The notes under the pieces are model-generated. The model saw only the letters and a program-made list of their open reading frames with translations. It did no database searches and was not told the DNA's origin. A stretch of DNA of 64,000 nt, from positions 1,280,001-1,344,000 of the forward strand of contig CBDFMQ010000002.1 of NCBI GenBank assembly GCA_965249725.1, in the 5' to 3' direction. Made by a program: the position numbers and the translations under genes. This document shows, one piece after another, positions 37,470 to 48,316 of the stretch (its first letter is position 1; the number at the start of each line of letters is the position of its first letter). The stretch comes from Longimicrobiales bacterium. Lineage in GTDB: Bacteria > Gemmatimonadota > Gemmatimonadetes > Longimicrobiales > Gaopeijiaceae.

Positions 37470-38225
37470 TCAATCCGCGGTCGGACTCCGGAGCGACGCT
37501 ACGATGAGGTCGCGGTTGAGCCGGGCGATGTACTTCACGCTGATCCCCTTCGGACAGGCAACCTCGCATGCACCGTGGTTCGTGCAGTTGCCGAACCCTT
37601 CCGCGTCATGGACGCCCACCATGCTCAGAGCGCGGGAGTCGCGCTCCGGCTGCCCCTGAGGCAGGAGGCCGAGGTGTGAGATCTTGGCTGCCGTAAAGAG
37701 CATCGCCGACGCGTTGGGACAGGCCGCCACGCACGCACCGCAGCCGATACAGGTGGCGGCGTCCATGGCGTCGTCCGCCTTGTCCTTCTCGATGGGGAGA
37801 GCGTTTGCATCGGGGGCGCTGCCGGCCCGCACCGATACGAACCCACCCGACTCGATGATACGGTCCAGAGGGGACCGGTCCACGACCAGGTCCCTGAGGA
37901 TCGGGAAGGCGGTGGCACGCCAGGGCTCGATCCAGATGTCGTCGCCATCGCGGAACTCGCGCATGTGCAGCTGGCACGCGGTGATCATGGTCTTGGGGCC
38001 GTGCGGTACCCCGTTGATCATCATGCCACACGCCCCACAGATGCCCTCACGGCAATCGTGCTCGAAGGCGATGGGCTCGGCGCCACCCCGCACGAGAGCT
38101 TCGTTTACCTCGTCCAGCATCTCCAAGAACGACATGTCGGGACTGACGTCCTTCGCCTGGTGCGTCTCGAACGCACCGGTGTGATCAGGCCCGGCCTGCC
38201 GCCATACGTGGAGCGAGAGGTTCAT
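37470..38225 (-). CDS. sdhB: Succinate dehydrogenase/fumarate reductase Fe-S subunit
   Basis: [34 protein letters not shown]. Confidence 0.95.
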   Translation of the reverse strand: MNLSLHVWRQAGPDHTGAFETHQAKDVSPDMSFLEMLDEVNEALVRGGAEPIAFEHDCREGICGACGMMINGVPHGPKTMITACQLHMREFRDGDDIWIEPWRATAFPILRDLVVDRSPLDRIIESGGFVSVRAGSAPDANALPIEKDKADDAMDAATCIGCGACVAACPNASAMLFTAAKISHLGLLPQGQPERDSRALSMVGVHDAEGFGNCTNHGACEVACPKGISVKYIARLNRDLIVASLRSPTAD

Positions 38226-40138
38226 CACTTGTAGCTCCTCTGCGACAGCGGCACATACTCGAACTCCAAAGCCTCTCTGTGCCGGAGGGGCTCGTTCCCT
38301 TCGCCCCGATACTCCCAGACGGCGACGTGGGTGAAGTTCTCGTCGTCTCTCCGTGCCTCACCCCCGTCGGTGGTGTGTTCCGAGCGGTAGTGGGCCCCGC
38401 ACGACTCGTCCCTGGTGATGGCGTCGTGACACATGGTCTCCGCAAACTCGAGAAAGTCGGCCACTCGTCCCGCCTTCTCCAGCGATTGGTTCAGCGTCTC
38501 CGCGCTCCCGGGCACACAGACATCTTTCCAGAAGCGTTCTCGGATCTCGGGAATCCGGTCGAGCGCTTCCCGCAGCCCTTCGGCGTTCCGCTCCATCCCG
38601 CAGCGGTTCCACATGAGGTGACCCACTTCCTGATGGAAGTCGTCCACGGTCCGTGAGCCTCCGGTCTCCAACAACCGCCGCGTCTTCTCGTGTACTGCGT
38701 TCTCGACGCTGCGGAACTCGACCGCATCAGGTGTAAGCTCGTCGTGCTTCGTGCGCGCCAGATGATTCCCGATGGTCATCGGAAGGATGAAGTACCCGTC
38801 TGCGAGACCCTGCATCAGCGCGCTGGCCCCGAGTCGGTTGGCACCGTGGTCGGAGAAATTGGCCTCGCCGATCACGAAGAGACCCGGCACCGTACTCTGG
38901 AGATCATAGTCGACCCACAGCCCACCCATCGTGTAGTGAGGCGCCGGATAGATTCGCATGGGTACGCGATACGGGTCCTCCCCCGTGATGTTCTCGTACA
39001 TCTCGAAGAGGTTGCCGTACCGCTCGCTGATGGTATCGCGCCCAAGACGCTCGATGGAGTGTGAGAAGTCGAGGAACACACCGTTCCGGAGGGATCCCGC
39101 ACCGTGCCCGGTGTCCACCATCTCCTTGGACCGCCGCGATGCCACGTCCCGAGGCACCAGGTTGCCGAAGCTGGGATACATGCGCTCCAGGTAGTAGTCG
39201 CGCTCGTCCTCCGGGATGTCGCGGGGTGCCCGCTCGTCACGTTCGCTCCCCGACACCCAGATGCGTCCGTCGTTTCGGAGCGACTCGCTCATGAGGGTGA
39301 GCTTGGACTGATACTCCCCGGGCGGCGGAATACACGTCGGATGAATTTGCGTGAAGCAGGGGTTCGCGAAGCCCGCTCCACGCTTGTGAGCTCTCCACGT
39401 CGCCGTGACGTTACACGCCTTGGCGTTGGTGGATAGGTAGAAGACGTTGGAATACCCTCCGGTCGCCAGGACCACCGCATCACCGGTGTGGGATTCCACC
39501 TTCCCGCTCACCAGATCGCGGGTGACGATGCCTCGGGCCTCGCCCTCCACCAGCACGACGTCGAGCATTTCGTGACGCGTGTGCATCTGCACCATGCCGC
39601 TCTGGACTGCCCGCTGCAGCGCCTGGTAGGCTCCGAGGAGCAACTGCTGCCCCGTCTGCCCGCGGGCGTAGAACGTCCGAGATACCTGTGCACCCCCGAA
39701 GGACCGGTTCGCCAGCAGGCCCCCGTACTCCCGGGCAAAGGGCACACCCTGGGCCACCGCCTGGTCGATGATGTTCTCGCTCACTTCGGCGAGCCGGTAG
39801 ACGTTGGCCTCCCGGGAACGGAAATCTCCGCCCTTCACCGTGTCGTAGAACAGCCGATAGACGCTGTCTCCGTCGTTCTGGTAGTTCTTGGACGCGTTGA
39901 TGCCGCCCTGCGCGGCGATGGAGTGAGCCCGCCTGGCAGAGTCGTGATAGGTGAACACCTTCACGTGGTATCCGAGCTCGGCCATGGTCGCCGCGGCCGC
40001 CGCGCCGGCCAAACCGGTCCCCACCACAATGACCTCGTATTTTCGCTTGTTGGCCGGGTTCACCAGCTTCATGTCGAACTTGTGCTTGTTCCACTTCTGT
40101 TCGATGGGGCCGGCCGGGATTCCTGGATTCAGTTCCAT
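38225..40138 (-). CDS. sdhA: Succinate dehydrogenase/fumarate reductase flavoprotein
   Basis: [37 protein letters not shown]. Confidence 0.95.
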   Translation of the reverse strand: MELNPGIPAGPIEQKWNKHKFDMKLVNPANKRKYEVIVVGTGLAGAAAAATMAELGYHVKVFTYHDSARRAHSIAAQGGINASKNYQNDGDSVYRLFYDTVKGGDFRSREANVYRLAEVSENIIDQAVAQGVPFAREYGGLLANRSFGGAQVSRTFYARGQTGQQLLLGAYQALQRAVQSGMVQMHTRHEMLDVVLVEGEARGIVTRDLVSGKVESHTGDAVVLATGGYSNVFYLSTNAKACNVTATWRAHKRGAGFANPCFTQIHPTCIPPPGEYQSKLTLMSESLRNDGRIWVSGSERDERAPRDIPEDERDYYLERMYPSFGNLVPRDVASRRSKEMVDTGHGAGSLRNGVFLDFSHSIERLGRDTISERYGNLFEMYENITGEDPYRVPMRIYPAPHYTMGGLWVDYDLQSTVPGLFVIGEANFSDHGANRLGASALMQGLADGYFILPMTIGNHLARTKHDELTPDAVEFRSVENAVHEKTRRLLETGGSRTVDDFHQEVGHLMWNRCGMERNAEGLREALDRIPEIRERFWKDVCVPGSAETLNQSLEKAGRVADFLEFAETMCHDAITRDESCGAHYRSEHTTDGGEARRDDENFTHVAVWEYRGEGNEPLRHREALEFEYVPLSQRSYK

Positions 40139-40145
40139 GGTGCCC

Positions 40146-40838
40146 CTATCGGAGAATTCCGATCAGTGCCGCCCAGGGCACTGACAGGAATCCGCCAACC
40201 ATGACGAAAGTGAGTACGGACGCGAGTGGACGACGGATATCGTCGTACCTGGGATGGCTGACACCCAGGGTCTGGAAGATGCTCCAGAGCCCGTGGTACA
40301 GGTGCAGCCCGAGGGCCAGCGTCGCCACGGTATAGGCACCGACGACGACGGGGTTCTGGAAGCCGATGACGAGGTTGCGATACACGGCGCCGTGCTCGAA
40401 GTCCGGATGGGCCGAACCGACCGTCATGTGCAGAAGATGGTAGATGATGTAGAGCAGGATGATCACCCCACCCCATCGCATCGTCCTCGACGCATATGTG
40501 AAGGAGATCGACTCCTCCCTGGTGTACTGCGTCGTACGGGCCGCTCGGCTCTTCAGATAGAGCTGTGTCGCGGACACGATGTGCATGCCGATCAACGCCA
40601 ACATGACCAGCCGGATCCCCCAGAGGGTCACCCCCTCGGGGAGTATCGGCTCGCCCATCGTGCGGAGGAACTCCGCATACTCGTCGATGTGGTGGATGCC
40701 GGCTTCGTTGGCACCCAGGAAGGCCTTCAGGTTGCCGACCATGTGGCCGAAGAGCCAACCGACGATGAGCAGGCCGGATACGGCCATGGTGGTCTTCTTC
40801 CCCACCGATGACCCGTACAGTGTGAATACTCGACGCAT
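40146..40838 (-). CDS. sdhC: Succinate dehydrogenase cytochrome b558 subunit
   Basis: [15 protein letters not shown], five TM segments with heme His residues; upstream of sdhA. Confidence 0.9.
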   Translation of the reverse strand: MRRVFTLYGSSVGKKTTMAVSGLLIVGWLFGHMVGNLKAFLGANEAGIHHIDEYAEFLRTMGEPILPEGVTLWGIRLVMLALIGMHIVSATQLYLKSRAARTTQYTREESISFTYASRTMRWGGVIILLYIIYHLLHMTVGSAHPDFEHGAVYRNLVIGFQNPVVVGAYTVATLALGLHLYHGLWSIFQTLGVSHPRYDDIRRPLASVLTFVMVGGFLSVPWAALIGILR

Positions 40839-40918
40839 GGTGTCTCCCACCGGTCAGCGCCGGCCGTGCTCCGAGCCGCTGAAGAGACGGAGCCTGGGCT
40901 CCGAGCGGCCCCGGGGCG

Positions 40919-41971
<1,053 letters not shown>

Positions 41972-42952
41972 TCAGCCGCCGGTCTCGGAGAGGGCCACGA
42001 GACCCCCAGAGCCTTCGTCACTCCCCTGGATCAGGTAGTGTCGCTCAGGCTTTGTGCGCAGCGTCTCTTCAATGAGCGGAACCAGGTCGGATCCCTCCCG
42101 AAGAGGGTCTCGGAGGTTGGTCTGTTGAGCCCCGAATAGGCACGGGCGAAGCTGGCCGTCGGCTGTGAGACGCATGCGGTTGCAGCGGTCGCAGTAGTTG
42201 TGGCTCATCGGCGTTATGACTCCAACCGTGCCACGCCCGTCAGGGAAGCGGAAGTACGTCGCGGGGCCGTTCCCGGCGGGACCCTCGGCGGGCTCGAGGT
42301 CTCCTAGCCTGCGGATCCTCTTCAAGGCGTCCTGGCAAGAGACGAAGTTCTGCGCGCTCAGTTCCAGGTTCGAACCCGTCGGCATGAGCTCGATGAAACG
42401 CACGTGCCAGGGTCTGTGTCTCGTGATCAGGGCGAAGGCCTCGATCTCGTCGTCGTTCTGTCCGCCGATGAGCACGACGTTGATCTTGATGGGCTCGAAC
42501 CCGAGGTTCTCGGCGGCTTCGAGGCCGTCCATGATGCGCGAGAACGAGTTGGGGCGTCGTGCGATCGCGTCCACGCGGTCGGCCCGCAGCGAATCCAGTG
42601 AGATGTTGACGCGATTCACTCCCGCGTCCCTCAGCATCTCGCCCTGATCGGCCAGGAGAACGGCATTGGTAGAGAGCGAGATGTCCTCGATCTCGGGAAT
42701 GGCCGACAGCATGCGGACCAGTGAGGGCAGGTCCTTTCTCACCAGAGGCTCCCCACCGGTGATGCGCACCCTCTTGAGGCCCATCCCGGCCATGACCTGG
42801 ACGATGCGTGCGATCTCCTCGTAGCTGAGCAGGCTCTCCCGCTTGAGCCAGTCGAGGCCTTCTAGGGGCATGCAGTAGACGCACCGGAGATTGCATTTGT
42901 CGGTCACCGAGATGCGCAGATACTCCACGCTGCGGCCGAATTGATCGATCAT
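41972..42952 (-). CDS. moaA: GTP 3',8-cyclase
   Basis: YLRISVTDKCNLRCVYC, CDRCNRMRLTADG.L.PCL, terminal GG. Confidence 0.95.
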   Translation of the reverse strand: MIDQFGRSVEYLRISVTDKCNLRCVYCMPLEGLDWLKRESLLSYEEIARIVQVMAGMGLKRVRITGGEPLVRKDLPSLVRMLSAIPEIEDISLSTNAVLLADQGEMLRDAGVNRVNISLDSLRADRVDAIARRPNSFSRIMDGLEAAENLGFEPIKINVVLIGGQNDDEIEAFALITRHRPWHVRFIELMPTGSNLELSAQNFVSCQDALKRIRRLGDLEPAEGPAGNGPATYFRFPDGRGTVGVITPMSHNYCDRCNRMRLTADGQLRPCLFGAQQTNLRDPLREGSDLVPLIEETLRTKPERHYLIQGSDEGSGGLVALSETGG

Positions 42953-42954
42953 GG

Positions 42955-43410
42955 CTATTCGGCCTCCCGGGAAGGGACGACCGGCGTGGCCCCAGCCACC
43001 CATTCTTCCACCCCGTCGCTGTAGCGCTCCTTCTTCCAGACCGGGAGTCTCTTCTTGATCTCTTCGATGATGAACCGAGAACCCTCGTAGGCCTGGGCCC
43101 GGTGTGGACTCGAAACCGCAATGGCCACGCTGACCTCGCCCACCGCCAAGTCACCTACACGGTGCACCACGGCGATGCGGTCGGTGCCCACCACGCTGGA
43201 GGCTTCACCCACAATCTCTGCGAGGACAGCGACGGCCATCTCCTCGTAAGCGTCGTAGCGCACACCGCCCACAGAGCGACCCTCATTGTGATCCCGGACC
43301 ACCCCAACGAACAGGAGGCCGGCTCCATCTTCGTCGGCTCCCACCCGAGCCAGAACCTCGGCCGGATCGATGGGGTCCCGAACCACCGTAGCGAAGCCCA
43401 CGTCAGCCAC
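42955..43410 (-). CDS. moaE: Molybdopterin synthase catalytic subunit
   Basis: FVGVVRDHN, HRVG, SPHR, PVWKKE. Confidence 0.95.
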   Translation of the reverse strand: MADVGFATVVRDPIDPAEVLARVGADEDGAGLLFVGVVRDHNEGRSVGGVRYDAYEEMAVAVLAEIVGEASSVVGTDRIAVVHRVGDLAVGEVSVAIAVSSPHRAQAYEGSRFIIEEIKKRLPVWKKERYSDGVEEWVAGATPVVPSREAE

Positions 43411-43648
43411 CCGCTACCGGAGGAATGAGCGCCACTTCGTCGCCGTCGGTGAGAGGCACAGCCGAATCCGCATAGCTGTGGTTCACGGCCACGGCAGGAT
43501 CCGGAGGAAGTACGGTGAACGCACCCCCACGAGATCGAAGCGTCGATACGAGGTCAGACACGGTCGCCCCTTCGGGGAGATCGAGGCTGAGCTCTTTGGT
43601 ACCGAGGAGCTCTCTATACGAGGCGAAGAAAAGGGTTCGGATTTCCAC
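43403..43648 (-). CDS. moaD: Molybdopterin synthase sulfur carrier
   Basis: LFFASYRE, AVN, GDEVALIPPVAGG. Confidence 0.95.
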   Translation of the reverse strand: MEIRTLFFASYRELLGTKELSLDLPEGATVSDLVSTLRSRGGAFTVLPPDPAVAVNHSYADSAVPLTDGDEVALIPPVAGG

Positions 43649-43656
43649 GGATTGGG

Positions 43657-43732
43657 GGCGCCCGGAACAGGGATGGTCTCAGGAGAGCGGGAATGTCTCC
43701 GGAAACAGGAATCGTCTCAGGAGAGTAGAGGA
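43657..43732. repeat. Degenerate 19-bp-period tandem repeat (4 units) between the Spy-like gene and moaD
   Basis: gtctcaggagag at 43676 and 43714, gtctccggaaac at 43695, weaker unit at 43657. Confidence 0.6.
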
Positions 43733-44307
43733 ACCCCCCCTTTCGGGTCAACGTTCCAGGCGGAAGGCTCGGGGAAGTCGAGACCGGCGCCCGGTCGGCG
43801 ACCCGCAGGTGGACCCATACCGCGGCCCCCACCACCCCGAATGCTCTGAATTCTCTGATTCAGCTGCTCACGCATGACGACGAACCGTAGGAGCTGCCGG
43901 GGGGTGAGGACTCCGACGAGCGCCTCCTGTTCCTCTCTGAAGAGGCGCACCTCGTCTTCGCGCAGTTCGAGCATATCCTGCAAGGCCTCACTGGCTTGCT
44001 CATCGGTGATCTCACCCTCGGCGCCCAGGGTCATCAACTGGCGCCTGGTGGACTGCTCAAGCTGCATGAAATCCCGTCGCTGAGCGCGGTAGCCGTCCAA
44101 GACGTCTTGAAGCCTCTGGCTCTCCTCGTCACCGAGTCCGAGCTGTTGCCTCACCATAGCGTCGAAACGGCCGCGAATCATCTGCTCCATCCGGGCCCGC
44201 CGGCCTTCGCCGGGCGGCTGTCCGTCCCGTGGGCGCTGTTGTGCTTCCAGACCTTGCGAGCCAAACGTGACGAGAACTGCCACCAGAACACCGATCGGTC
44301 TCTTCAT
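43717..44307 (-). CDS. Exported helical protein, Spy/CpxP-like
   Basis: Signal peptide, LGLGDEESQRL and VLTPRQL (LTxxQ-like) motifs. Confidence 0.65.
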   Translation of the reverse strand: MKRPIGVLVAVLVTFGSQGLEAQQRPRDGQPPGEGRRARMEQMIRGRFDAMVRQQLGLGDEESQRLQDVLDGYRAQRRDFMQLEQSTRRQLMTLGAEGEITDEQASEALQDMLELREDEVRLFREEQEALVGVLTPRQLLRFVVMREQLNQRIQSIRGGGGRGMGPPAGRRPGAGLDFPEPSAWNVDPKGGVPLLS

Positions 44308-44756
44308 CCTCCGAGCTCCTCCAGCAGGGCCGCCAACTCGTCTTCGGTCAGGTCTTCGAGCATGGGAGCGTCCGCGACAAGGGCATCGTCGTCCGCCCAC
44401 ACCATGACAAAGGCCTCTTGGGCGAACTGGCTGGATTCGGGTAGGGTCTCCGCCCGCTGCCAAATGAGGGCGGTTCCCAATGCCAGGACGATCGCAGCAG
44501 CAGCCGGGAGCCGCCATCCGACCGAACGCCGGGAGTGCGCCCGGTCACGTGCCACCGCTTCCTTGATTTCGGCGGCCAGGCCTACCGGCGGCACGGGTGT
44601 CGTCGCGCTCAGCACGCGAAGGAGGGCGACTTCCTCACCGCAACTCCCACACTCCGAGACGTGCGCCTCTATTCGGACACACAACTCGGAGGAGAGGTCT
44701 CCCCGCACGAAGTCCGGTAGCAGGTCCTTTACATTTGCGCACGTCTGGTCCGTCAT
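44304..44756 (-). CDS. Zinc-binding (ZAS, HxxxCxxC) membrane anti-sigma factor
   Basis: C...LLPDFV..., HVSECGSC, one TM segment. Confidence 0.85.
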   Translation of the reverse strand: MTDQTCANVKDLLPDFVRGDLSSELCVRIEAHVSECGSCGEEVALLRVLSATTPVPPVGLAAEIKEAVARDRAHSRRSVGWRLPAAAAIVLALGTALIWQRAETLPESSQFAQEAFVMVWADDDALVADAPMLEDLTEDELAALLEELGG

Positions 44757-45313
44757 GGCTCCAATAACTCCCTCAGGCGGCGGATGCCGTGATGGTAGTT
44801 CACTCGAGCGGAACCTTCAGAGGATCCGATGATCTCACCGATCTCCCGAAAGCTCAAGTCGTCGTCGATTCTAAGTGTCACTGACAGCCTCTGCTTATCC
44901 GGGAGCCGGTGCACGGCCTCCCTGATACGGGCCGCCTCGGACCGGAGGGTGACCTCTCGAGATGGATCGTCTCCCGGTGCCGCAATGGCTGATACGTCCT
45001 CGAGCGGGCGCTCCTTGCGCCGACCGGCCTTGCGTAGATACCCGCGGGCCTCGTTGCCCGCGATGGCCAACAGCCAGGTCCGGAAAGCGGCGTCCCCACG
45101 AAACCTGCCGATGGCCTTGAACGCCTTGATGAAGCAGTCCTGGCTGGCATCCGCTGCAAGATCCTCTTCTCCCAGGATGGCCACGCAGGTCCGAAAGACC
45201 GCGCCGTGATGCCGGTCTACGAGCAAGTCCATCGCGCGGCTGTCTCCAGCCTTTGCACGCTGAACCAACTCCTCGTCGGATGGTGGCTCGGTGCGTAAGT
45301 CCTCGGCCATCAT
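44753..45313 (-). CDS. ECF sigma-70 factor
   Basis: DASQDCFIKA, FRTWLLAIA.N, LSFREIGEI. Confidence 0.9.
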   Translation of the reverse strand: MMAEDLRTEPPSDEELVQRAKAGDSRAMDLLVDRHHGAVFRTCVAILGEEDLAADASQDCFIKAFKAIGRFRGDAAFRTWLLAIAGNEARGYLRKAGRRKERPLEDVSAIAAPGDDPSREVTLRSEAARIREAVHRLPDKQRLSVTLRIDDDLSFREIGEIIGSSEGSARVNYHHGIRRLRELLEP

Positions 45314-45418
45314 GAACTCAGATGCTCGTCGTCCCCGAAGCGTTAAGTCCGTCGAGCGACAAAGCGGAGGGGGTTCGGACAACGCTGGCGTCGAAAGTCG
45401 TGACGCACCATGCACCCT

Positions 45419-45721
45419 CTATTCTACGGGCTGTCCGTCGAGCTGGCTCACACGCGTCCGAAGGTGCTTGGAAGGCTTGAACACAGGAACGCTCCGGGAA
45501 GGGACTTCCACACCCTCGCCTGTCCTGGGGTTGCGAGCCATGCGACTCTTCCGCTTGCGAACCTTGAAGGTTCCGAACCCACGGATCTCGATGTTCTCCC
45601 CGTTGGCGAGCGCCCTCTTCACGGCGTTGAGAAACCCATCGACGACCAAGGCACAGTCCTTCTTGGTGATCCCGGGACCGATGGCTTCCGCCACCTGTTC
45701 GACGAGGTCCGCCTTGGTCAT
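45419..45721 (-). CDS. HU/IHF-family DNA-binding protein
   Basis: MTKADLV, IEIRGFGTF, ARNPRTGE, PVFKPSK. Confidence 0.95.
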   Translation of the reverse strand: MTKADLVEQVAEAIGPGITKKDCALVVDGFLNAVKRALANGENIEIRGFGTFKVRKRKSRMARNPRTGEGVEVPSRSVPVFKPSKHLRTRVSQLDGQPVE

Positions 45722-45812
45722 TCATTCCTCCGCGATACGATATGTGTCCGAGCTATGAGCAGGGGAGCCACGGTAACGATCTCGAACCTGGAACGTCAAG
45801 TGCCCCTTGGAC

Positions 45813-46937
45813 CTACGGCCGCCGTGACTCCATCAGCGCGATGAACTGATCGAAGAGGTACCGGCTGTCGTGGGGCCCCGGCGCCGCCTCTGGATGGTAC
45901 TGGACGGCGAAGACCGGCCGCTCCCGATGGGCCACGCCCTCTACGGTGCCGTCGTAAAGATTGACGTGTGTGAGTCGCAGATCCGGCGCCCCGGGAATCT
46001 CGTCGCCGTCGCCGAGGGCCACGGCAAATCCATGGTTCTGAGAGGTGATCTCCACGGTATCGGTGTCGAGATTGCGTACCGGGTGGTTCCCCCCGTGATG
46101 TCCGAAGGGGAGCTTGTAGGTCTTGGCACCGAACGCCTGAGAGATGAGCTGGTGGCCGAGGCAGATCCCGAACACGGGGACATCGTTCCCGGACAGCTCG
46201 AGGATCGCGGCCTCTGCCCGCTCGACGGCAGCGGGGTCACCGGGTCCGTTGGATACGAACATCCCGTCGGGACGTTCGGCCAGAATGTCCTCCAACGAGG
46301 TCTCGGCGGGAATCACCGTGACGCGGCAACCTCCCTCAGACAGAATCTTCGGCGAGTTTGCCTTGACGCCGAAGTCGTAGGCCAACACATGGAAGCGTTC
46401 CTCCCCGACCGCCTCCACCACATAGGGCTCGTCCGTGGAGACACCACAGGCGAGGTCGAGACCCTCCATACGGGGGTGCGCGAGCACGCTTTCGAGCAGC
46501 GTCGCCTCGTCCGTCTCGGCGGGCGCGATGGCTCCTCGCATGGCTCCCTCCGACCGGATGTGTCGGGTGAGCGCACGGGTGTCTATCTCCGCGATCCCCA
46601 CCACGTCGTTGGCCGTGAGGTAGTCCTCCAGCGCCCCCGTCGCCCGCCAGGACGAGTGTTGCGGTGGCAACTCACGCACCACGAAGCCGGTGACCTTCGG
46701 ACCTTCTGACTCCCGGTCCTCGTCGTTCACCCCGTAGTTGCCGATCAACGGATACGTCATGACGACGTGCTGACCGGAATAAGACGGATCCGTGAGGATC
46801 TCCTGATATCCGGTCATCGAGGTGTTGAAGACCACCTCCCCCAGAGAGGGTCCTGAAGCGCCGAAGCCGAGGCCGTCGAAACGCCGTCCATCTTCGAGTA
46901 GAAGGTACGCGGGTTCGCGTGGACCGGTGCTCGCCAC
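45813..46937 (-). CDS. carA: Carbamoyl-phosphate synthase small subunit
   Basis: GEVVFNTSMTGYQE, GICLGHQ, SQNHGF, QYHPEA.PGPHD. Confidence 0.96.
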   Translation of the reverse strand: MASTGPREPAYLLLEDGRRFDGLGFGASGPSLGEVVFNTSMTGYQEILTDPSYSGQHVVMTYPLIGNYGVNDEDRESEGPKVTGFVVRELPPQHSSWRATGALEDYLTANDVVGIAEIDTRALTRHIRSEGAMRGAIAPAETDEATLLESVLAHPRMEGLDLACGVSTDEPYVVEAVGEERFHVLAYDFGVKANSPKILSEGGCRVTVIPAETSLEDILAERPDGMFVSNGPGDPAAVERAEAAILELSGNDVPVFGICLGHQLISQAFGAKTYKLPFGHHGGNHPVRNLDTDTVEITSQNHGFAVALGDGDEIPGAPDLRLTHVNLYDGTVEGVAHRERPVFAVQYHPEAAPGPHDSRYLFDQFIALMESRRP

Positions 46938-47125
46938 CAGGCAGATTCCTAGTCTTGGGTGGTGCCGCCAGAAGCCTCCGACGGCCGGCGGAATCTAGAG
47001 CGGGACGGAGGCGAGTCAAGCACTGGTGTCACCCGTTCCGCCCCTCCTCTCCTCACCCTACCTTTCTCCCGACCCGCCGGGGTTCCCGTAAGCGAAGTTC
47101 CTACAAGAGAAGAAGACGAGTTGAA

Positions 47126-47695
47126 ATGACCGACGCGCCCGAGATCTCCATTTACGCCGACGAGTCGTGCCTCGGCAACCAGTTCCAGCACCGTGCCAAT
47201 CCGGGAGGTGCCGGGGGGCTGGTAGAGTACTGGTCGGGAGGCGAGTGGGTGCGTCGCGACTACTGGGTCTCCGAAGCGGACACGACGAACAACCGCATGG
47301 CCCTCAGGAGCGCCATCGAGGCCCTGACCTTGATGCGAAAGCGCCCGTGCAACGTCCGTTTCATATCCGACAGCCAGTATCTGGTCAAAGGAATGACGGA
47401 GTGGCTCAGGGGGTGGAAGGCCCGGGGTTGGAAGCGAAAGGGGGGCGAGATCGGCAACTTGGAACTCTGGCAGGAGCTCGATCGCATCGCCTCGAAGCAC
47501 GACGTGACCTGGAGTTGGGTCCGCGGACACGACGGTCATGTCCAGAACGAATACGCCAACCACCTCGCCACCCGAGCGGCCGCGGAGCGGACGGCCTCCG
47601 GAGGATTGGTGGAGAGCGAGTACCAGGTCTGGCTGGAGGGGCAGCGCGACAAGGGCCGCTATCTCGACTACTTCGAGCACGCCCCGCCCGACTGA
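47126..47695 (+). CDS. rnhA: Ribonuclease HI
   Basis: IYADESC, NPGG, TTNNRM, SDSQY, WKARGWK, N.ELWQ, WVRGH, NE.AN.LA. Confidence 0.92.
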   Translation: MTDAPEISIYADESCLGNQFQHRANPGGAGGLVEYWSGGEWVRRDYWVSEADTTNNRMALRSAIEALTLMRKRPCNVRFISDSQYLVKGMTEWLRGWKARGWKRKGGEIGNLELWQELDRIASKHDVTWSWVRGHDGHVQNEYANHLATRAAAERTASGGLVESEYQVWLEGQRDKGRYLDYFEHAPPD

Positions 47696-47726
47696 TCGCT
47701 CCCACGCTCAGACAAACATCTGGGGC

Positions 47727-47767
47727 AAAAAAAAGAAGCCCTCGGTGCGGCAAGCCGCCCCGAGGGC
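47727..47767 (-). terminator. Intrinsic terminator for a minus-strand transcript
   Basis: GCCCUCGG-GGCGGCUUGCCGCA-CCGAGGGC followed by UUCUUUUUUUU. The U-tract exists only in the minus orientation. Confidence 0.85.
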
Positions 47768-48075
47768 CTCTAATTCGTTGGTAGAAGCTTCGTCTCGTTT
47801 GGAGACCCGCCCATCTTCCAGATCGCCTTGCGGCTCACTTTCAGTCGGGCAGCTAACTCAGCTTCCCTTCTCCCGTCGTCGCGCGGTCAGCAACTTCGGG
47901 TCCTCCGAGCTCCGGAGGGTTCAGCAGAGACCAACGACTCCTCTGCCGGCTCACCGAGGTCCAACCCCCAGTTCGCTTCCACCGCTACGGCGTCCCGTCC
48001 GATGAAACACGTTTCTCGATCCGCATGAAGGGATGACCAACGCCATCGATTCAGCGTACCACATCGGAAACGCAC
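47727..48075 (-). ncRNA. Candidate ~350-nt structured non-coding RNA, class not recognised
   Basis: Own promoter and terminator, no credible ORF with RBS, many nested complementary segments and a GNRA hairpin. Confidence 0.65.
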
Positions 48076-48079
48076 GACC

Positions 48080-48108
48080 AGTATGGGCGGGCCGAGCCCA
48101 CGCGTCAA
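48080..48108 (-). promoter_or_regulatory. Sigma70-type promoter TTGACG-N17-CATACT
   Basis: -35 at 48108-48103, -10 at 48085-48080, 17-nt spacer, AT-rich upstream DNA. Confidence 0.7.
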
Positions 48109-48316
48109 GCTTCTCGGCCCATCTCATTCCAGAAACTTGCATTATCCCCTAACTCATTGTCATATCAAGGTTTAAGGAACGTCTAGAGACGTCGGTATTC
48201 TCTCCCGAATCGAACGTAAACAGATTGATCTTCTCGGCATGTGTGAGGAACCACGGGCCAGATCGGTTGGCTGAATTCGAAAAAATGGCGGAGCCTGCCT
48301 AGGACTTCCAAGACCT

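Noticed and set aside
43648..43717. Moco riboswitch upstream of moaD
   Set aside because: The gap is only 68 bp, is filled by short repeats, and lacks the motif's conserved elements.
47840..48060. c-di-AMP (ydaO) riboswitch resemblance (GCUGAAUC, GCUGACC, and CAGCTAAC on the other strand)
   Set aside because: The fragments are incomplete and split between strands, and there is no downstream same-strand gene to regulate.
47727..48075. Assigning the candidate RNA to tmRNA, RNase P, SRP, 6S or a group II intron
   Set aside because: No tRNA-like ends or CCA, no GAGGAAAGUCC, no SRP helix-8 motif, and it is too branched for 6S. It starts GUGCG but has no domain V or RT.
47887..48142. Short minus-strand ORFs (73 and 63 aa) over the candidate RNA
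   Set aside because: Their starts lie at or upstream of the promoter, they have no RBS, and the sequences are not protein-like.
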